A DNA stretch of 64,000 nt from a virus, in the IMG/VR virus record IMGVR_UViG_3300020444_000002, positions 22,431 to 86,430 of that record; one strand, 5' to 3'. The stretch's first letter is position 1; every line of letters begins with the position of its first letter. The translations under genes were made by a program, and so were the position numbers. The notes beneath the pieces were generated by a model. It was not told the DNA's origin and ran no database searches. It was given only the letters and a program-made list of their open reading frames with translations. Below are positions 1-10,565 of this stretch, piece after piece.

Positions 1-38
1 CTTAATCTCTTAGGATTTTTCTGTCTATATTCATTATA

Positions 39-656
39 TCAAAAGAACGGAAAGAAGTTTGAGACATTATCCTTAGTTGTTTCGTAAGAAGTTGAAGCAT
101 GTGCCGTGCCGTTCCACCCGTATGTGTATAGCGGAGAGTACAGGCTACCATCTATGTAACGATCAGTATTCTCCCCTCCCTGAACAAGACATATGCCATC
201 GAACCAAGCGGTCCCCCTGCTGGGCTGGTAAAAAGAACCCAACCCTATAAATATGGTTACTTGGCCGGAGCCGGGTACAGTCTTCTGGACTAGCCAACGT
301 AATTCTCCAGTCCCTGAAAAAGCTGCACCCTGCAAATTACCACCACCGGCACTTGTATCAGCAATAACCCAATGCGCATCTCCAACAACGCTATCGACCT
401 TTATATAGCCAGAAACATAAACAGTAGCACCGGGCGTTAGACCTGTAATTGTCTTCTTTATGCCAGAATCTATATTCGTAGTGGAAGATATTTTCCAAGA
501 CTTGGAACCGTAATTAGACCAGTCCGTGGCCGGACCCTTATATGTGAGACTACCACTGGTGTGATAATTCGTCCAGTTAGAAGGGGTAACGCCAGAACTA
601 GCTGTATCGTTTTCAAAGCTAGGATTGTTAACACGGTTAGTCCTTGTTGTTGGCAT
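39..656 (-). CDS. Virion/tail protein with carbohydrate-binding-like (CBM4/9-type) domain
   Basis: N-x-x-N-P-S-F-E start of a CBM-like beta sandwich; last gene of a contiguous tail operon. Confidence 0.55.
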   Translation of the reverse strand: MPTTRTNRVNNPSFENDTASSGVTPSNWTNYHTSGSLTYKGPATDWSNYGSKSWKISSTTNIDSGIKKTITGLTPGATVYVSGYIKVDSVVGDAHWVIADTSAGGGNLQGAAFSGTGELRWLVQKTVPGSGQVTIFIGLGSFYQPSRGTAWFDGICLVQGGENTDRYIDGSLYSPLYTYGWNGTAHASTSYETTKDNVSNFFPFF

Positions 657-2417
657 TTAAGCCTCCACGCCTACGGACAACACATCCCAGCAGCTATCCT
701 CATCGTTGAACATGATGCCTATATACAATGTTTTGTTGTTGATGCTAGTTGTCGGTAATTCTACTCCACTCATTTCCCTGTAGCTACCGTTCCAGTAAAA
801 TTCCCATGGGCCATTACCGTCATCTTTTATCCTTAGTATCATCTTTTGCCCCTCGAACCCACTATCAGGTACAGCGACAAGGGTATCTTCTGATAGCGCT
901 GTTACTATGTGTGTACCATACTGACCGCCTGGGGCTAGAAGCCCACCTGTTGTCGCTTCTTTAAACACAGACACTGGTTGAAGTTGACCCTCGTTGTAGT
1001 ACAATTTTCCGTCTGTGCCAATACGGAATATAGATATACCACGAGAAAGCGTTATCTCCCTGACGCTAGAGGAAAGAACATCTGTTATCTTAAACTCAAA
1101 ATCGAATACCTTGCTGTTGTCTAGGTTTAGTGTAAATGGTGTTGTTGTTACTTCACCAGTAGAGGTATTAAACGAGCTTGCAACATTTGTCCAACTGCCC
1201 CATGTGCCACCAGCTTCACGGTACCTGTATTGGATGCCGTTTGTATCATCTACATCATTTTTAGTGACGCCTCCGACACTTATTAGATTAGCGCTACCAG
1301 ATATACTGACATTTGTTGTTGACTCGAAGCTATTTTGCCTTTCTATATCTACCACAATATCAGGGTTGAAGTATGGCACGACAGTAACATTCATCGTAGC
1401 ATCTGTCTTTTTACCGCGACTATCCTGTGCTGTTACCGTTAATGTTTGGTCACCGCCATAGGCGATAACACCAAAGTCATTTACCACATCAGAATCAGAG
1501 GAATAGGGCTGTTCAGCGCTAACACCCGCTAAGTTGAATAGATACTTAGCCATTGTTGCACTCTCTTGTGCTACGGCCTTGTCAGCAACTGCAACTGTTG
1601 CTTCTACAGTTGACTTACCGAAAATTGTGTATTGGTCATTACCGGTTATAGAAACTGTCGTAGCGTTTGTGTCTTTATAGCTGATCGTAGAGAATATTGG
1701 ATTCTGCTCGTCACTAGGTATTCTAAATGTTCTCGTAATGTCCTCTACGCCAATTTGGCTACCACCACTATAAGTCCTGAGCCTAAACACCATATCGGTA
1801 CTTGTACTATTAGGAATGATAGAGCAGATACTTGAAACATCCGAACTGTCTAATGTGAATGTTTGGCTCGAACCAACACTAGTAAACTGCTTCCATATGC
1901 TGTCACCATTGAACCTGTATATCTGTAGGGTGTGCGTGAAGGAGCTAGAAGCCCTATTCGTATATACTGTTATTGATTCACCGTCAGTTATTTCGTAACT
2001 AGACTTGTTTGAAGTTGGGGTAGACGCACGAGGGATTGTTGGAAGACTCGAACTGCCGCTCTTACTTATATCACCATATGAGTACAGCCAACCATTAATG
2101 TTGTAGCTAAACGACTTAGAGCCATCCGAACTATGCGAAATAGTTTTTGTGCCACTCTTTAGCTCATACTTCGTACCGTTAGGGATTGTGATATTTGAAT
2201 AGGTACCAGAACCAATACTAGAACCATTTATCTTACTAGAATCATATATCTTTATAGCATTAGAGTACCAAGAAGGTGTCGCACCGCTCGAACGAACACC
2301 AGCCTGCCAAGATATAGTAGACGTGTTGTTAGAAACACTTTGACTTTGCAGTTGCCAGTCTAAATAGAAAGCAGTGTAATTGTAATAGCCACTTGTAATA
2401 CTTCCTGATGTTGCCAT
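657..2417 (-). CDS. Siphovirus minor tail / host-specificity protein (DUF859-like)
   Basis: N-terminal MATSG..W...SQS...N.S.I and LPTIPRAS motifs typical of DUF859 proteins; S/T-rich beta protein. Confidence 0.7.
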   Translation of the reverse strand: MATSGSITSGYYNYTAFYLDWQLQSQSVSNNTSTISWQAGVRSSGATPSWYSNAIKIYDSSKINGSSIGSGTYSNITIPNGTKYELKSGTKTISHSSDGSKSFSYNINGWLYSYGDISKSGSSSLPTIPRASTPTSNKSSYEITDGESITVYTNRASSSFTHTLQIYRFNGDSIWKQFTSVGSSQTFTLDSSDVSSICSIIPNSTSTDMVFRLRTYSGGSQIGVEDITRTFRIPSDEQNPIFSTISYKDTNATTVSITGNDQYTIFGKSTVEATVAVADKAVAQESATMAKYLFNLAGVSAEQPYSSDSDVVNDFGVIAYGGDQTLTVTAQDSRGKKTDATMNVTVVPYFNPDIVVDIERQNSFESTTNVSISGSANLISVGGVTKNDVDDTNGIQYRYREAGGTWGSWTNVASSFNTSTGEVTTTPFTLNLDNSKVFDFEFKITDVLSSSVREITLSRGISIFRIGTDGKLYYNEGQLQPVSVFKEATTGGLLAPGGQYGTHIVTALSEDTLVAVPDSGFEGQKMILRIKDDGNGPWEFYWNGSYREMSGVELPTTSINNKTLYIGIMFNDEDSCWDVLSVGVEA

Positions 2418-2418
2418 G

Positions 2419-4656
2419 CTAACTTACCATTGATACGAACGCCCAACCGGCGAACTCCCCTTCTTTAATTGGTACTATTTTTATTGGTTCCATGGATATT
2501 TGCCCCCTCGCCTCAAGCTTCTGCACTTCTGTTGTATCCCTGTTTAGAGAAAACACCCTTTCACGCGTACCTGATATAGCCGAGTAACCAGCAAACTCTA
2601 ACGGGGTAATCTGTGTAAAGTCACCTGAATAGATACTGCTATTAACGCGGATACCTTCCGTATTAAGCACAACCTGCGTGTTCATTACCTCACCAGCAGC
2701 CTGGCTCCACTGCAATACATTTTCTCCAGCAACAAGGCGCAAATCAGTGAAGCTAAAATCTATCGGATCATCTGTTTCGACAATAACATCGAAATAGCCG
2801 AGTGAGGCGGTTATGCCAGACAGGGATTGTTCATTCCAAAGGTATGAAACACTATCATCAAATGTTACAGTATAATCATCAGTCGTATTCTGTAGATGAA
2901 CAGTCACACTACCAGTAGCTTCTTTTTTGCCCTTGACTGCAAATGAATAAATACCGCCCTGCTCCACTATGACGCGCTGTGTGAGTGTCCCAGTGCCGGT
3001 AATACTTACCTTGTTGCCAGACACAGCTCCATATGTCAAACTTTCTGGGCTGGTGCTTGGTGTTACTTCCCCATCACCGCTATATTCCCAAAGCTCTATA
3101 TCACCGTTGCTATCTGTTGCATAGCCAACACTATTCTTTATAATATTGACACCACCTGTGTTCTGGATTGATGTTGTTACGCTGTCTATCTCCTGCAATA
3201 CTTCAGTGTAATTTTCTGCTACGGTATCCTCAAGGGTCGCCAACTCGGAGACTACCGATGTTATCTCGTTTGCCTGTTTATCCACCTTGATTTCTGTGTT
3301 GTAGATAGTCTTAATAACACCGCCAGCGGTTTCGTAATTGATGACCTCTGTATCTGGAACAGTCGAAACAAGAGCCTCCTTGACTGAACCAGCAAGCACT
3401 AGGTGTAATTCTGTTATAAAGGAAGGAACAACCGTAGAGCCTTGTTGGTAAGATATAACATCACCAACCTCGTGCCAGCCAAGGCCAACAGTGTCTGACT
3501 TGCTACCATTCCACCTTATTCCAACCAACTGTTCATATAGTGGTGGCAATAAGTCCTGACGGTCATCATCAAGAATTTCGACGTTATTAATCTGTACTTC
3601 CTGTATTGGTAGGTTTGAGAGTGTTATAGTCCCACTCCCATCTGTTGTTAGGTCTATTATATTTGTGCCAGCTATAGCATCTTCGTATGTCTGCGTCAAA
3701 GCAAATGTATCTGCTTCCGAGTTGGTGTATACAAAATAATTCGTATCTGCCTCTAGCGGTTCGGGCAATGTGTCTGTTGTTTGTATCTGTACAAGTGACC
3801 CATCGGTTAGCCCGTGACCAGTGGCAGTGAATAGGTTTGTTGTTGAATTGATACTGCTAATGGTGCTATTGCTAGGTTCCGTGTTTACCTGAACGACATT
3901 GTCATTCTGTGGTACGCGACCGAGTATAACAGATGTAACAGGGCCATATTTTTCACCTATCTTCAACTTCTTTAATTCGTTAGACGTAAGCACTTCATCG
4001 CTCACAGAGAATTGAGAGAATACTAGCGTGGTGTCAGAAATGCGTGCTGTTGTACCAGTTGCAGCTGCAATTTCTTGTATAACTGTCTGGACAGTGGCGT
4101 TAGCAATGTTAGCGTACAGGTCTTCTGCTATAACGTAGTCATAGTTTGGTAAGTCACTAAAACTATCCATAAGATCAACGCCAATAGCACCAGCAGCTTG
4201 TTCCGCCAATTCCTCTACAGTACATGGGTAGGTGAAACCAGAACCGTATTCTGTTTTAATCGCTCGCCACATGTGGTCGTACATATTAACAGTGGTTGTT
4301 CCGCTATCGTAGTCATAATCGACATCATCAACAACATAGAACCCTTGGCTAATATAATCAAAACCCTCTACGCTTGGGTCGTTATTGTAAAGGCCAAGCC
4401 TCACCTGGAATATGTCTTCTGCTGCGACATCTTCTATGATACCGATTAATTTAACAGTTGCCTTTTTTGTGGTGGTACCAAGGAAAGCCCCCACCGCATC
4501 TATGTTCACAGATGTGAGGTAGTTTGAAGAGGTCCATTCTGCTGTGTTATCGTCTATAAAACCGTAAGGGTCTTGGATTTGGCGTATAACAGTAACGTCA
4601 GTTTGTTTTACTGGCGCAGTGGCTAAACTCTCAAATGCTGAATCATGTGTAATCAT
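2419..4656 (-). CDS. Tail/baseplate structural protein
   Basis: 745 aa, acidic, beta-rich; coiled segment followed by GGVNIIKNS (tail-spike/CBM start); abuts DUF859-like gene. Confidence 0.6.
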   Translation of the reverse strand: MITHDSAFESLATAPVKQTDVTVIRQIQDPYGFIDDNTAEWTSSNYLTSVNIDAVGAFLGTTTKKATVKLIGIIEDVAAEDIFQVRLGLYNNDPSVEGFDYISQGFYVVDDVDYDYDSGTTTVNMYDHMWRAIKTEYGSGFTYPCTVEELAEQAAGAIGVDLMDSFSDLPNYDYVIAEDLYANIANATVQTVIQEIAAATGTTARISDTTLVFSQFSVSDEVLTSNELKKLKIGEKYGPVTSVILGRVPQNDNVVQVNTEPSNSTISSINSTTNLFTATGHGLTDGSLVQIQTTDTLPEPLEADTNYFVYTNSEADTFALTQTYEDAIAGTNIIDLTTDGSGTITLSNLPIQEVQINNVEILDDDRQDLLPPLYEQLVGIRWNGSKSDTVGLGWHEVGDVISYQQGSTVVPSFITELHLVLAGSVKEALVSTVPDTEVINYETAGGVIKTIYNTEIKVDKQANEITSVVSELATLEDTVAENYTEVLQEIDSVTTSIQNTGGVNIIKNSVGYATDSNGDIELWEYSGDGEVTPSTSPESLTYGAVSGNKVSITGTGTLTQRVIVEQGGIYSFAVKGKKEATGSVTVHLQNTTDDYTVTFDDSVSYLWNEQSLSGITASLGYFDVIVETDDPIDFSFTDLRLVAGENVLQWSQAAGEVMNTQVVLNTEGIRVNSSIYSGDFTQITPLEFAGYSAISGTRERVFSLNRDTTEVQKLEARGQISMEPIKIVPIKEGEFAGWAFVSMVS

Positions 4657-4907
4657 TAGTTAATCGGTTGAATCCTTACGCCAGTCTGCACCTGCGCGTT
4701 ATTATCTGCACCAAACAAGAAGTTTAACCCACATTTACGACAACGAGCTTCCCCGGCAGAACCAGCAGTGACCTTAACACAAAGGGAATTACACTTATAT
4801 AGTTTTTGGTCTGATTTACTGATGCGCTCGTAGGGGCATCTTACTTCTAGTAGCGCCAAGGCGTTTTCTGGTAAATTTTGTATGTCTTTTGTTAGCGTCG
4901 TTTTCAT
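4656..4907 (-). CDS. Com-like zinc-ribbon protein
   Basis: EVRCP...CNSL...CRKC, Mu Com-like Cys spacing. Confidence 0.5.
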   Translation of the reverse strand: MKTTLTKDIQNLPENALALLEVRCPYERISKSDQKLYKCNSLCVKVTAGSAGEARCRKCGLNFLFGADNNAQVQTGVRIQPIN

Positions 4908-4992
4908 ATAATCTCTTTTGGATTTTTTATTTTTATCTACTATTTAGTATAGCACTATCACTATCTCCAAAAACAGACCCCACAGCTTCCGT

Positions 4993-5424
4993 CTACACTA
5001 TCAGTTTATCTGTTATGAGATAACCGTTTAAGGCCAAGTGTTCGTATATCTCATCGTTAGTGAAGCCCTCTTTATGGAGTTGTATAATATGCTCGACTGT
5101 ACCAATCTTGAATATCTTGTTTTTATTCTGACCGCTTCGGGTATTCCATCGTAGGTTTGTAGCACGATTATCTGTTCTCACCCTGTTAATGTGGTCAACC
5201 TCTGGATATCCATTCGGGTTTTCCACAAAAGCCACAGCCACTAGCCTGTGGACCCTTTTGCTATAGTTCTTTCCGTCGTTACCACGCATATACGCGAAAG
5301 TATAGCCTCTTTCTGACTTCATCTCCATCACCCTGTCGAGCCTCGCGTGTTTAATCTGCCCCATATTAGACACTAAATAATTATCAAAACCCTCTACCTT
5401 GCGCCACTCTATTTTTGTTTTCAT
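4993..5424 (-). CDS. NUMOD4-HNH homing endonuclease
   Basis: EWR.V.GF..Y.VSN.G (NUMOD4), VHRLVA.AF, VDHINR.R.DNR..NLRW; start reassigned to ATG at 5424. Confidence 0.9.
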   Translation of the reverse strand: MKTKIEWRKVEGFDNYLVSNMGQIKHARLDRVMEMKSERGYTFAYMRGNDGKNYSKRVHRLVAVAFVENPNGYPEVDHINRVRTDNRATNLRWNTRSGQNKNKIFKIGTVEHIIQLHKEGFTNDEIYEHLALNGYLITDKLIV

Positions 5425-5530
5425 TTTTGTCCCCAAACAAAAAACTCGCTGTTGGGGCAACGAGCTTTCATATGTCTATTTTAACACGCCCCAACGTCTA
5501 TTTTAATTATAACCTTTTTAGGTTTTGTCA
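5425..5530 (-). promoter_or_regulatory. Promoter plus structured 5' leader of HNH gene (copy 1)
   Basis: TTGACA-N-TATAAT, then hairpin GCTCGTTG/CAGCGAGT whose loop CCCCAA is complementary to TTGGGG both upstream and at the RBS; homologous to 29780-29890. Confidence 0.7.
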
Positions 5531-5547
5531 AATAAAATGTTCAGAAA

Positions 5548-5642
5548 GGCTCAAAACGTCCTCTACAGCGAGATTTGCTGCGGGGCATGGGTTTATGTAC
5601 CTTTTTTGGGCTAAAACGTCTTAGAGAGGCTTAGAACGCGTC
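5548..5642 (+). repeat. About 95-bp dispersed repeat, copy 1 of 3
   Basis: Shares AAAACG..T(T/C)AGA..GGCTTAGAA.G with 28333-28427 (-) and 60797-60891 (+). Confidence 0.6.
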
Positions 5643-5649
5643 TGACGGC

Positions 5650-6558
5650 CTATTTAATTGCGTCCGGGTGTACTATTTCTTCAACAGCTTCGGTTTCGCT
5701 GCTTTTTCCCTTCACAACATTGTCAACTGTTGGGATTTCACCAGTTTCTTTTTTGACGATGTTCTTGTTAAGAACAGTTGCAGGGATATTTTTCTCTGAT
5801 TTCTTCCCATTGTTCTTCTGTTGGGTCTTTTTTGCCGGTTTCTTTGATAAAAAAACCTCTAAGGCAGCAGCTTCTTCTGGGGTGAATTGATAGTACGGGT
5901 TCTTCTTAAGCGCCAATAGTTGTTCTATACTTTTCATTGTGCCTTTTCCTTTATTTGTGTCTCCACTAATAATAACACGTCCTCCTCTGGCTTGTCCAAA
6001 TATTCCGATAGGTCCTGTGAGGCAATACGCTTAATTGTATCGAGCGTATACTGTGGTATCTCTATACCCTTTTCAGCAGCATTCTCAAACATAGCAATGA
6101 CAACCAACATACCCATCATCTGTCCGTGTCCGTAGTCATCACTCGGAACTGGCTGCTTCATAGTGCCCCCTGTTATTTAATTTCAAAGACTGGACATGTC
6201 TTTATCCAGAGTTCTTCGTATAGCTCACCGTTCAATTCTGACAGGTTAGCTGAATACGCCATCATGCGGTCGAGGCGTTTTACCTCATCTGGCTCCTCGA
6301 ATTTGTCCATAACATGAAAACGATAGCTACCATTGAGCTTGTACTTCAGTACTGTTAGTGAGTCTGTGTTATCCATTATTGTGAGTCTGCCTGTTCTAAA
6401 ACATTAGCTATAACGTCCTCGTCTTTAACCTTTGGCAGCCCTGGCTTGTCTTCAAACACGTCATTGTTGTCTAGATCGACGAAATACCTAACCTTATTAT
6501 ATACCACTACCAATAGCGGTTTGTCGTCTACTGTTCCGACCATAAATTCTCTTGTCAT
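5650..6558 (-). CDS. Four small hypothetical ORFs (5650-5937, 5934-6161, 6173-6376, 6376-6558)
   Basis: Tightly packed, co-oriented ORFs downstream of a promoter at about 6578-6607. Confidence 0.6.
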
Positions 6559-6610
6559 GATTGCTCCATTCAGTCTTAATTATGCGCCTTTTTTCTTAAA
6601 AAAGCAACCC

Positions 6611-8362
6611 CTAATTTAATTCAGCGTAAACGGTATCGCCTTTTATCTTAATAACCTTCAGCCTAGAGCCACTCTGCCCTAACACTTCCGCCTCACCAAG
6701 TGTCTTACCGCGTTTGCCGAATGTGACTAAGTCGGGGATAATCACCTTCTGGCCTTTCTTAGCCATGATGACGAGCATAGAGCCACCCTCATAACGAAAC
6801 TTCTCTGCTATTTTCTTGTCTGCACTTGTGCTAAGGAACGAACGAGAATAGATAGTCTCGCCCTCATTGACATTTTGATGGACTGGTATCTCTGTACCGC
6901 GATAAAGGACTGTGTCTTCTGCCAGTGTGATGTTGCCAGCGCGGTTAATGTCATCTATAACTTCACCATAAGTTGTATCCTTGTCGAATATAGTTAGTGG
7001 CTGGTCCAAGTAGTTAGCACGGGCCTGGATATTAATTGCGTCATAGTAGCGACCTTGGTAGGCACGAACAGCATCTGTGGTATCTTCGTCGTAATGACCA
7101 TGCTTGCCACTCCAGTAGGCATCCTCAACATATTTGTCAAAAGCTTTAACATTATCTAGGTCACCTATGTCTATACTGGATGTACTTGCCTTCTTCGCAA
7201 AACGACCCTTACGATCACGCTTGTGTTTTCTTTCGTCGAAATCGGCATCATTCATGACCTTGAAGTCGTAGGTGTTAAGGAATGTGCCGTTATCTTGCTT
7301 GATGAGAAGCTCATAGCGACAATGACAATTAACGTGGATGTGGCCACTCTTTAATTTTTCGTAAGTGGGTTTGAACTTGTATGTTTTCCCACTATCTTTA
7401 ACTGTAAATGTTTTACCAAATGGCAAGAAGTCGCTATTGAAGGGAATTGGCTTAACCCTCGTAGCCTCAATGATTGCCTTACAAATTGGCTCTGGGTGCC
7501 CGGTATTGCTCACTAGCCTTTTATACGCTTTTGAGGTGAGGTCGTTCTGAGCAAGAAATTGTTGGTCTGCATCAAACTGACTCATAGTGAAGACACGGTT
7601 TGCTTCGTTAGAAGCAATCACATTTGCCCGACGTTTACCGACGGTGCTAAATTTATCCTGCAAACTGCGCATTACCTGGTCTTTGGTTACGCCACTAAGA
7701 ATCTGCTCACGAGCATAAGCATAAATTTCTTGGTCCCCAAGAACGGCTTGCACATAGTCCTTGCTATTTAGAGCTGCAAGCTCCTCGAACCTTTCTTTTA
7801 CAGCAGCCTCTACTTCTGCGTTAGTAATCTGTTCGTTAATAGACTCATCGAGCAGTTTCTTTATATCCTTAGCAATCGTGTTGACATGGCTCCTAGCGCC
7901 TTTTTCTGCCTGCAAGCGCAAGTCATCTTGACTACTGTCTGTACGGGTGTATATCGCGTTAAGACCGAACTGTACGAATAAAGCCTGTAGTCGCTGTCTA
8001 GCGTATAGAGGTAGAAGGATAGCACCAATCGTAAGGAGGGCAAACATAAGCGTGTTTACCTGCGGGCTTTCCTGAGCTTCTTCTAGGATTTGTTCCGCCT
8101 CGGAATAGTTGCCATTCTGGATAGCCTGGATATACTGAGCTAGTATCTGGTTATCAACCCTTTGAACGCTCTGCCTAAATTGTTCTGTCGCCAAGTCAAT
8201 TTGGCGTTGTTCCGCCTCAGTAATTGGGGCGTTGACTACTTTTTCGGCGTATGATTGTTCGTTGTATTTACCAAGACGGTTTCTATACGACACGAAGGAC
8301 ATTAATTCGTCCATCTCTGGCTCTCTACCAACTTCATCTATGTACAACTCTATATTATTCAT
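6611..8362 (-). CDS. MuF-like head morphogenesis protein fused to C-terminal R-S-E clade ADP-ribosyltransferase
   Basis: RA.VIA.NE..R and HIHVNCHC (MuF HPNCRC-like); C-terminal VLYRG, FLSTS, EAE catalytic motifs; located near portal. Confidence 0.85.
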   Translation of the reverse strand: MNNIELYIDEVGREPEMDELMSFVSYRNRLGKYNEQSYAEKVVNAPITEAEQRQIDLATEQFRQSVQRVDNQILAQYIQAIQNGNYSEAEQILEEAQESPQVNTLMFALLTIGAILLPLYARQRLQALFVQFGLNAIYTRTDSSQDDLRLQAEKGARSHVNTIAKDIKKLLDESINEQITNAEVEAAVKERFEELAALNSKDYVQAVLGDQEIYAYAREQILSGVTKDQVMRSLQDKFSTVGKRRANVIASNEANRVFTMSQFDADQQFLAQNDLTSKAYKRLVSNTGHPEPICKAIIEATRVKPIPFNSDFLPFGKTFTVKDSGKTYKFKPTYEKLKSGHIHVNCHCRYELLIKQDNGTFLNTYDFKVMNDADFDERKHKRDRKGRFAKKASTSSIDIGDLDNVKAFDKYVEDAYWSGKHGHYDEDTTDAVRAYQGRYYDAINIQARANYLDQPLTIFDKDTTYGEVIDDINRAGNITLAEDTVLYRGTEIPVHQNVNEGETIYSRSFLSTSADKKIAEKFRYEGGSMLVIMAKKGQKVIIPDLVTFGKRGKTLGEAEVLGQSGSRLKVIKIKGDTVYAELN

Positions 8363-9119
8363 CTTCTACCACCATAATGTTCTTTGGGTCTTTCACCACC
8401 ATCAGCTCTACGCCCTTGCTATTGTTTTGTATAATCGCATCATGTTCCTCTAGTAGATGGTTGGCAAATTCTCTAGTTATTTTGTTGTAGTCTTCTATGG
8501 TCGCTGTTTTCTTCTCGTAGCCTTCCGGGTTTTTCCACTTCTTCTCTTTTATTCCCCATTGGTACAGATCGAATGTGAACTTGTTAACGCCATACTTACC
8601 AACCTTATGGCTAAAATCATTGATGTCTTCTATGTAAGGGTTTTGTACGTTAATCCTCATCTTGAGTGTTACGGCAGAAGAACCATCGGAGGCTTTATCT
8701 GCATACCAGTCTGCTACCTCCTTGTCACCAGCTAGGTACACACCATCTCCAAACATCTTATCAGACCTTGAGCTTCCTGTGTCGAAGCCGCTTTCCTTAA
8801 TGCCGTCGGCGGATGTGCTATTAGTGCCATGGAATAGAGTATCTTTCACCTTACTATCTTTGGCAAAAGTATTTGCCTCATCTGCTGTGCCAGACGGCTT
8901 CCATATAGAGCCATTACCGCGTAGAGCGGCTAGTTTATCCATGGCCTCTTGTTTCTTTGAAGCTATCTTTTTGGCATTTCTGTCGCTACCCTTTGGGACA
9001 AACTTCTTACCATGTACCGCGTACAATGCTGCTTTAAGCTTTGCGTTCGGCGAAGTCCCAAAGTGCCCTTCGCTATCTCTGTATGGATTGCCAGATTCTA
9101 CATCAATCCTACTAGCCAT
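8355..9119 (-). CDS. H-Y-E clade (PARP-like) ADP-ribosyltransferase-domain protein
   Basis: LFHGT, FGDGVYLA, A..YA, terminal E-LMV strand; N-terminal NPYRDSEGHF motif. Confidence 0.7.
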   Translation of the reverse strand: MASRIDVESGNPYRDSEGHFGTSPNAKLKAALYAVHGKKFVPKGSDRNAKKIASKKQEAMDKLAALRGNGSIWKPSGTADEANTFAKDSKVKDTLFHGTNSTSADGIKESGFDTGSSRSDKMFGDGVYLAGDKEVADWYADKASDGSSAVTLKMRINVQNPYIEDINDFSHKVGKYGVNKFTFDLYQWGIKEKKWKNPEGYEKKTATIEDYNKITREFANHLLEEHDAIIQNNSKGVELMVVKDPKNIMVVEDE

Positions 9120-10493
9120 CTAGCTCACCTGTTCTGTAGAGTCTGTTTGTGTACCAACAATCTGCTGTATTTCTTCTGGTGTAGCACCAGTCTCTTTGAG
9201 CGCTACTGTCAAAGCATCTTCATCTGTTATTTCTGGCTCTAGAGTAGGCATGCCAAGCCCGGCTAAATCAATTTCACCAAGCACAAACTGCGTTGCAATC
9301 TCTTCCTCGTACCCTGAACTGATTAGGGTCATCTTGAGTGTGAGTTGTGCTTGTGAAAGCTCTACTTCCTTCATCTTATTGTCATAGTCTGTTGATAGTG
9401 GGTTGTGTAGTGCAATCTCGTATCCATTGCTTGTAAAATCATCTGGATAATAACGCTTATAATCCATGTTAAGCGCACCAATTAGCTTTTTCACTAGTGG
9501 CATAATAGCGTTCTCGGTGAAGTCATCCTTCTGTACGCGAGCTGTTTCACGGCCAGTTCCACTTTGGTCTAGGCCTAGCTGGTTCTTGCTCGTACCACCA
9601 ATAGCAATAAGCTGGTCACGGTTATTGCCATTAACGTCTGTTAGAGCAGATTTGTTAAGGTCGATACTTGTATCTGTATAAGCAATAGCGCCTTTACCAT
9701 TACTAAAAATAGGCTCTCCCTGCGTATGTTCTAGGACACGCCGTTTGAAGTTCTCGAACTCGTGGTCCTCCATAATGACATCTGACGTTATGAGGCCGGG
9801 AGCATTAATGTTGTTACGAATAGATTTGCGCTGGTAGTCTGCGGCCTGCTTGAGAACAAACTGAGCATCACTTGCTGCATCGCCCATACTGAACGACTTC
9901 TTGCGATCTACTGGGTTAGTCTTTATAACTGGGATAATCATTTGTACTGGTATTTCACGTTGCATACCATCACGGCTTTCAATATAGCCACCAAGTTCAC
10001 CTTCCGTGTTGAATACACGTCTAACCTGATACGGGTTAAGGATTTCAAAGTTCTTCACATTACCTACCCTTGTATAGCCGTTGCGCATTTTGCTGGTTCC
10101 GATGCCGCGAACAGCAAGAACGTAAAAGACCCCCTCTAGGTCCATATAACGCGAGTACTCATACCAAAAGTCCTCTGCTGTGAAATCAAGGGAATCGTTA
10201 ATAAGTTTAAGATATGGGTGTTCTGCTTGCCTACCGTCCTTCTTAGTAGACTTCGTGTAGGTATATCCTGTCCCAAGTTCTACTGCACGGTTAGCTCGAC
10301 GTTCGATAATAGCGTAGCCATAACCTGTGTACAAGTCCTCATCAGATAGCACTGGGTCATCTATATTTAAGCCCATCTTAGGGCGAGCGCCAAACCGAAG
10401 AAATTCGTTGGCTAGTGTTGAGTTGTTTTGCTTTTCAATGCTTGGCGCTGTGAGCGCTCTTACCGCATTTCTAACGCGATTGAGTGGGTTCAT
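9120..10493 (-). CDS. Portal protein (HK97-like)
   Basis: 457 aa downstream of TerL; portal-like segments (DLEG.FYV, LNPYQVR, N..APGLI, F.ENAI.P). Confidence 0.85.
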   Translation of the reverse strand: MNPLNRVRNAVRALTAPSIEKQNNSTLANEFLRFGARPKMGLNIDDPVLSDEDLYTGYGYAIIERRANRAVELGTGYTYTKSTKKDGRQAEHPYLKLINDSLDFTAEDFWYEYSRYMDLEGVFYVLAVRGIGTSKMRNGYTRVGNVKNFEILNPYQVRRVFNTEGELGGYIESRDGMQREIPVQMIIPVIKTNPVDRKKSFSMGDAASDAQFVLKQAADYQRKSIRNNINAPGLITSDVIMEDHEFENFKRRVLEHTQGEPIFSNGKGAIAYTDTSIDLNKSALTDVNGNNRDQLIAIGGTSKNQLGLDQSGTGRETARVQKDDFTENAIMPLVKKLIGALNMDYKRYYPDDFTSNGYEIALHNPLSTDYDNKMKEVELSQAQLTLKMTLISSGYEEEIATQFVLGEIDLAGLGMPTLEPEITDEDALTVALKETGATPEEIQQIVGTQTDSTEQVS

Positions 10494-10565
10494 CTATTGC
10501 TTTTTCTCTTTTTATTACTCTATACGCTACGGTATTATTATCTATTGTTTATTATACATTACAGC

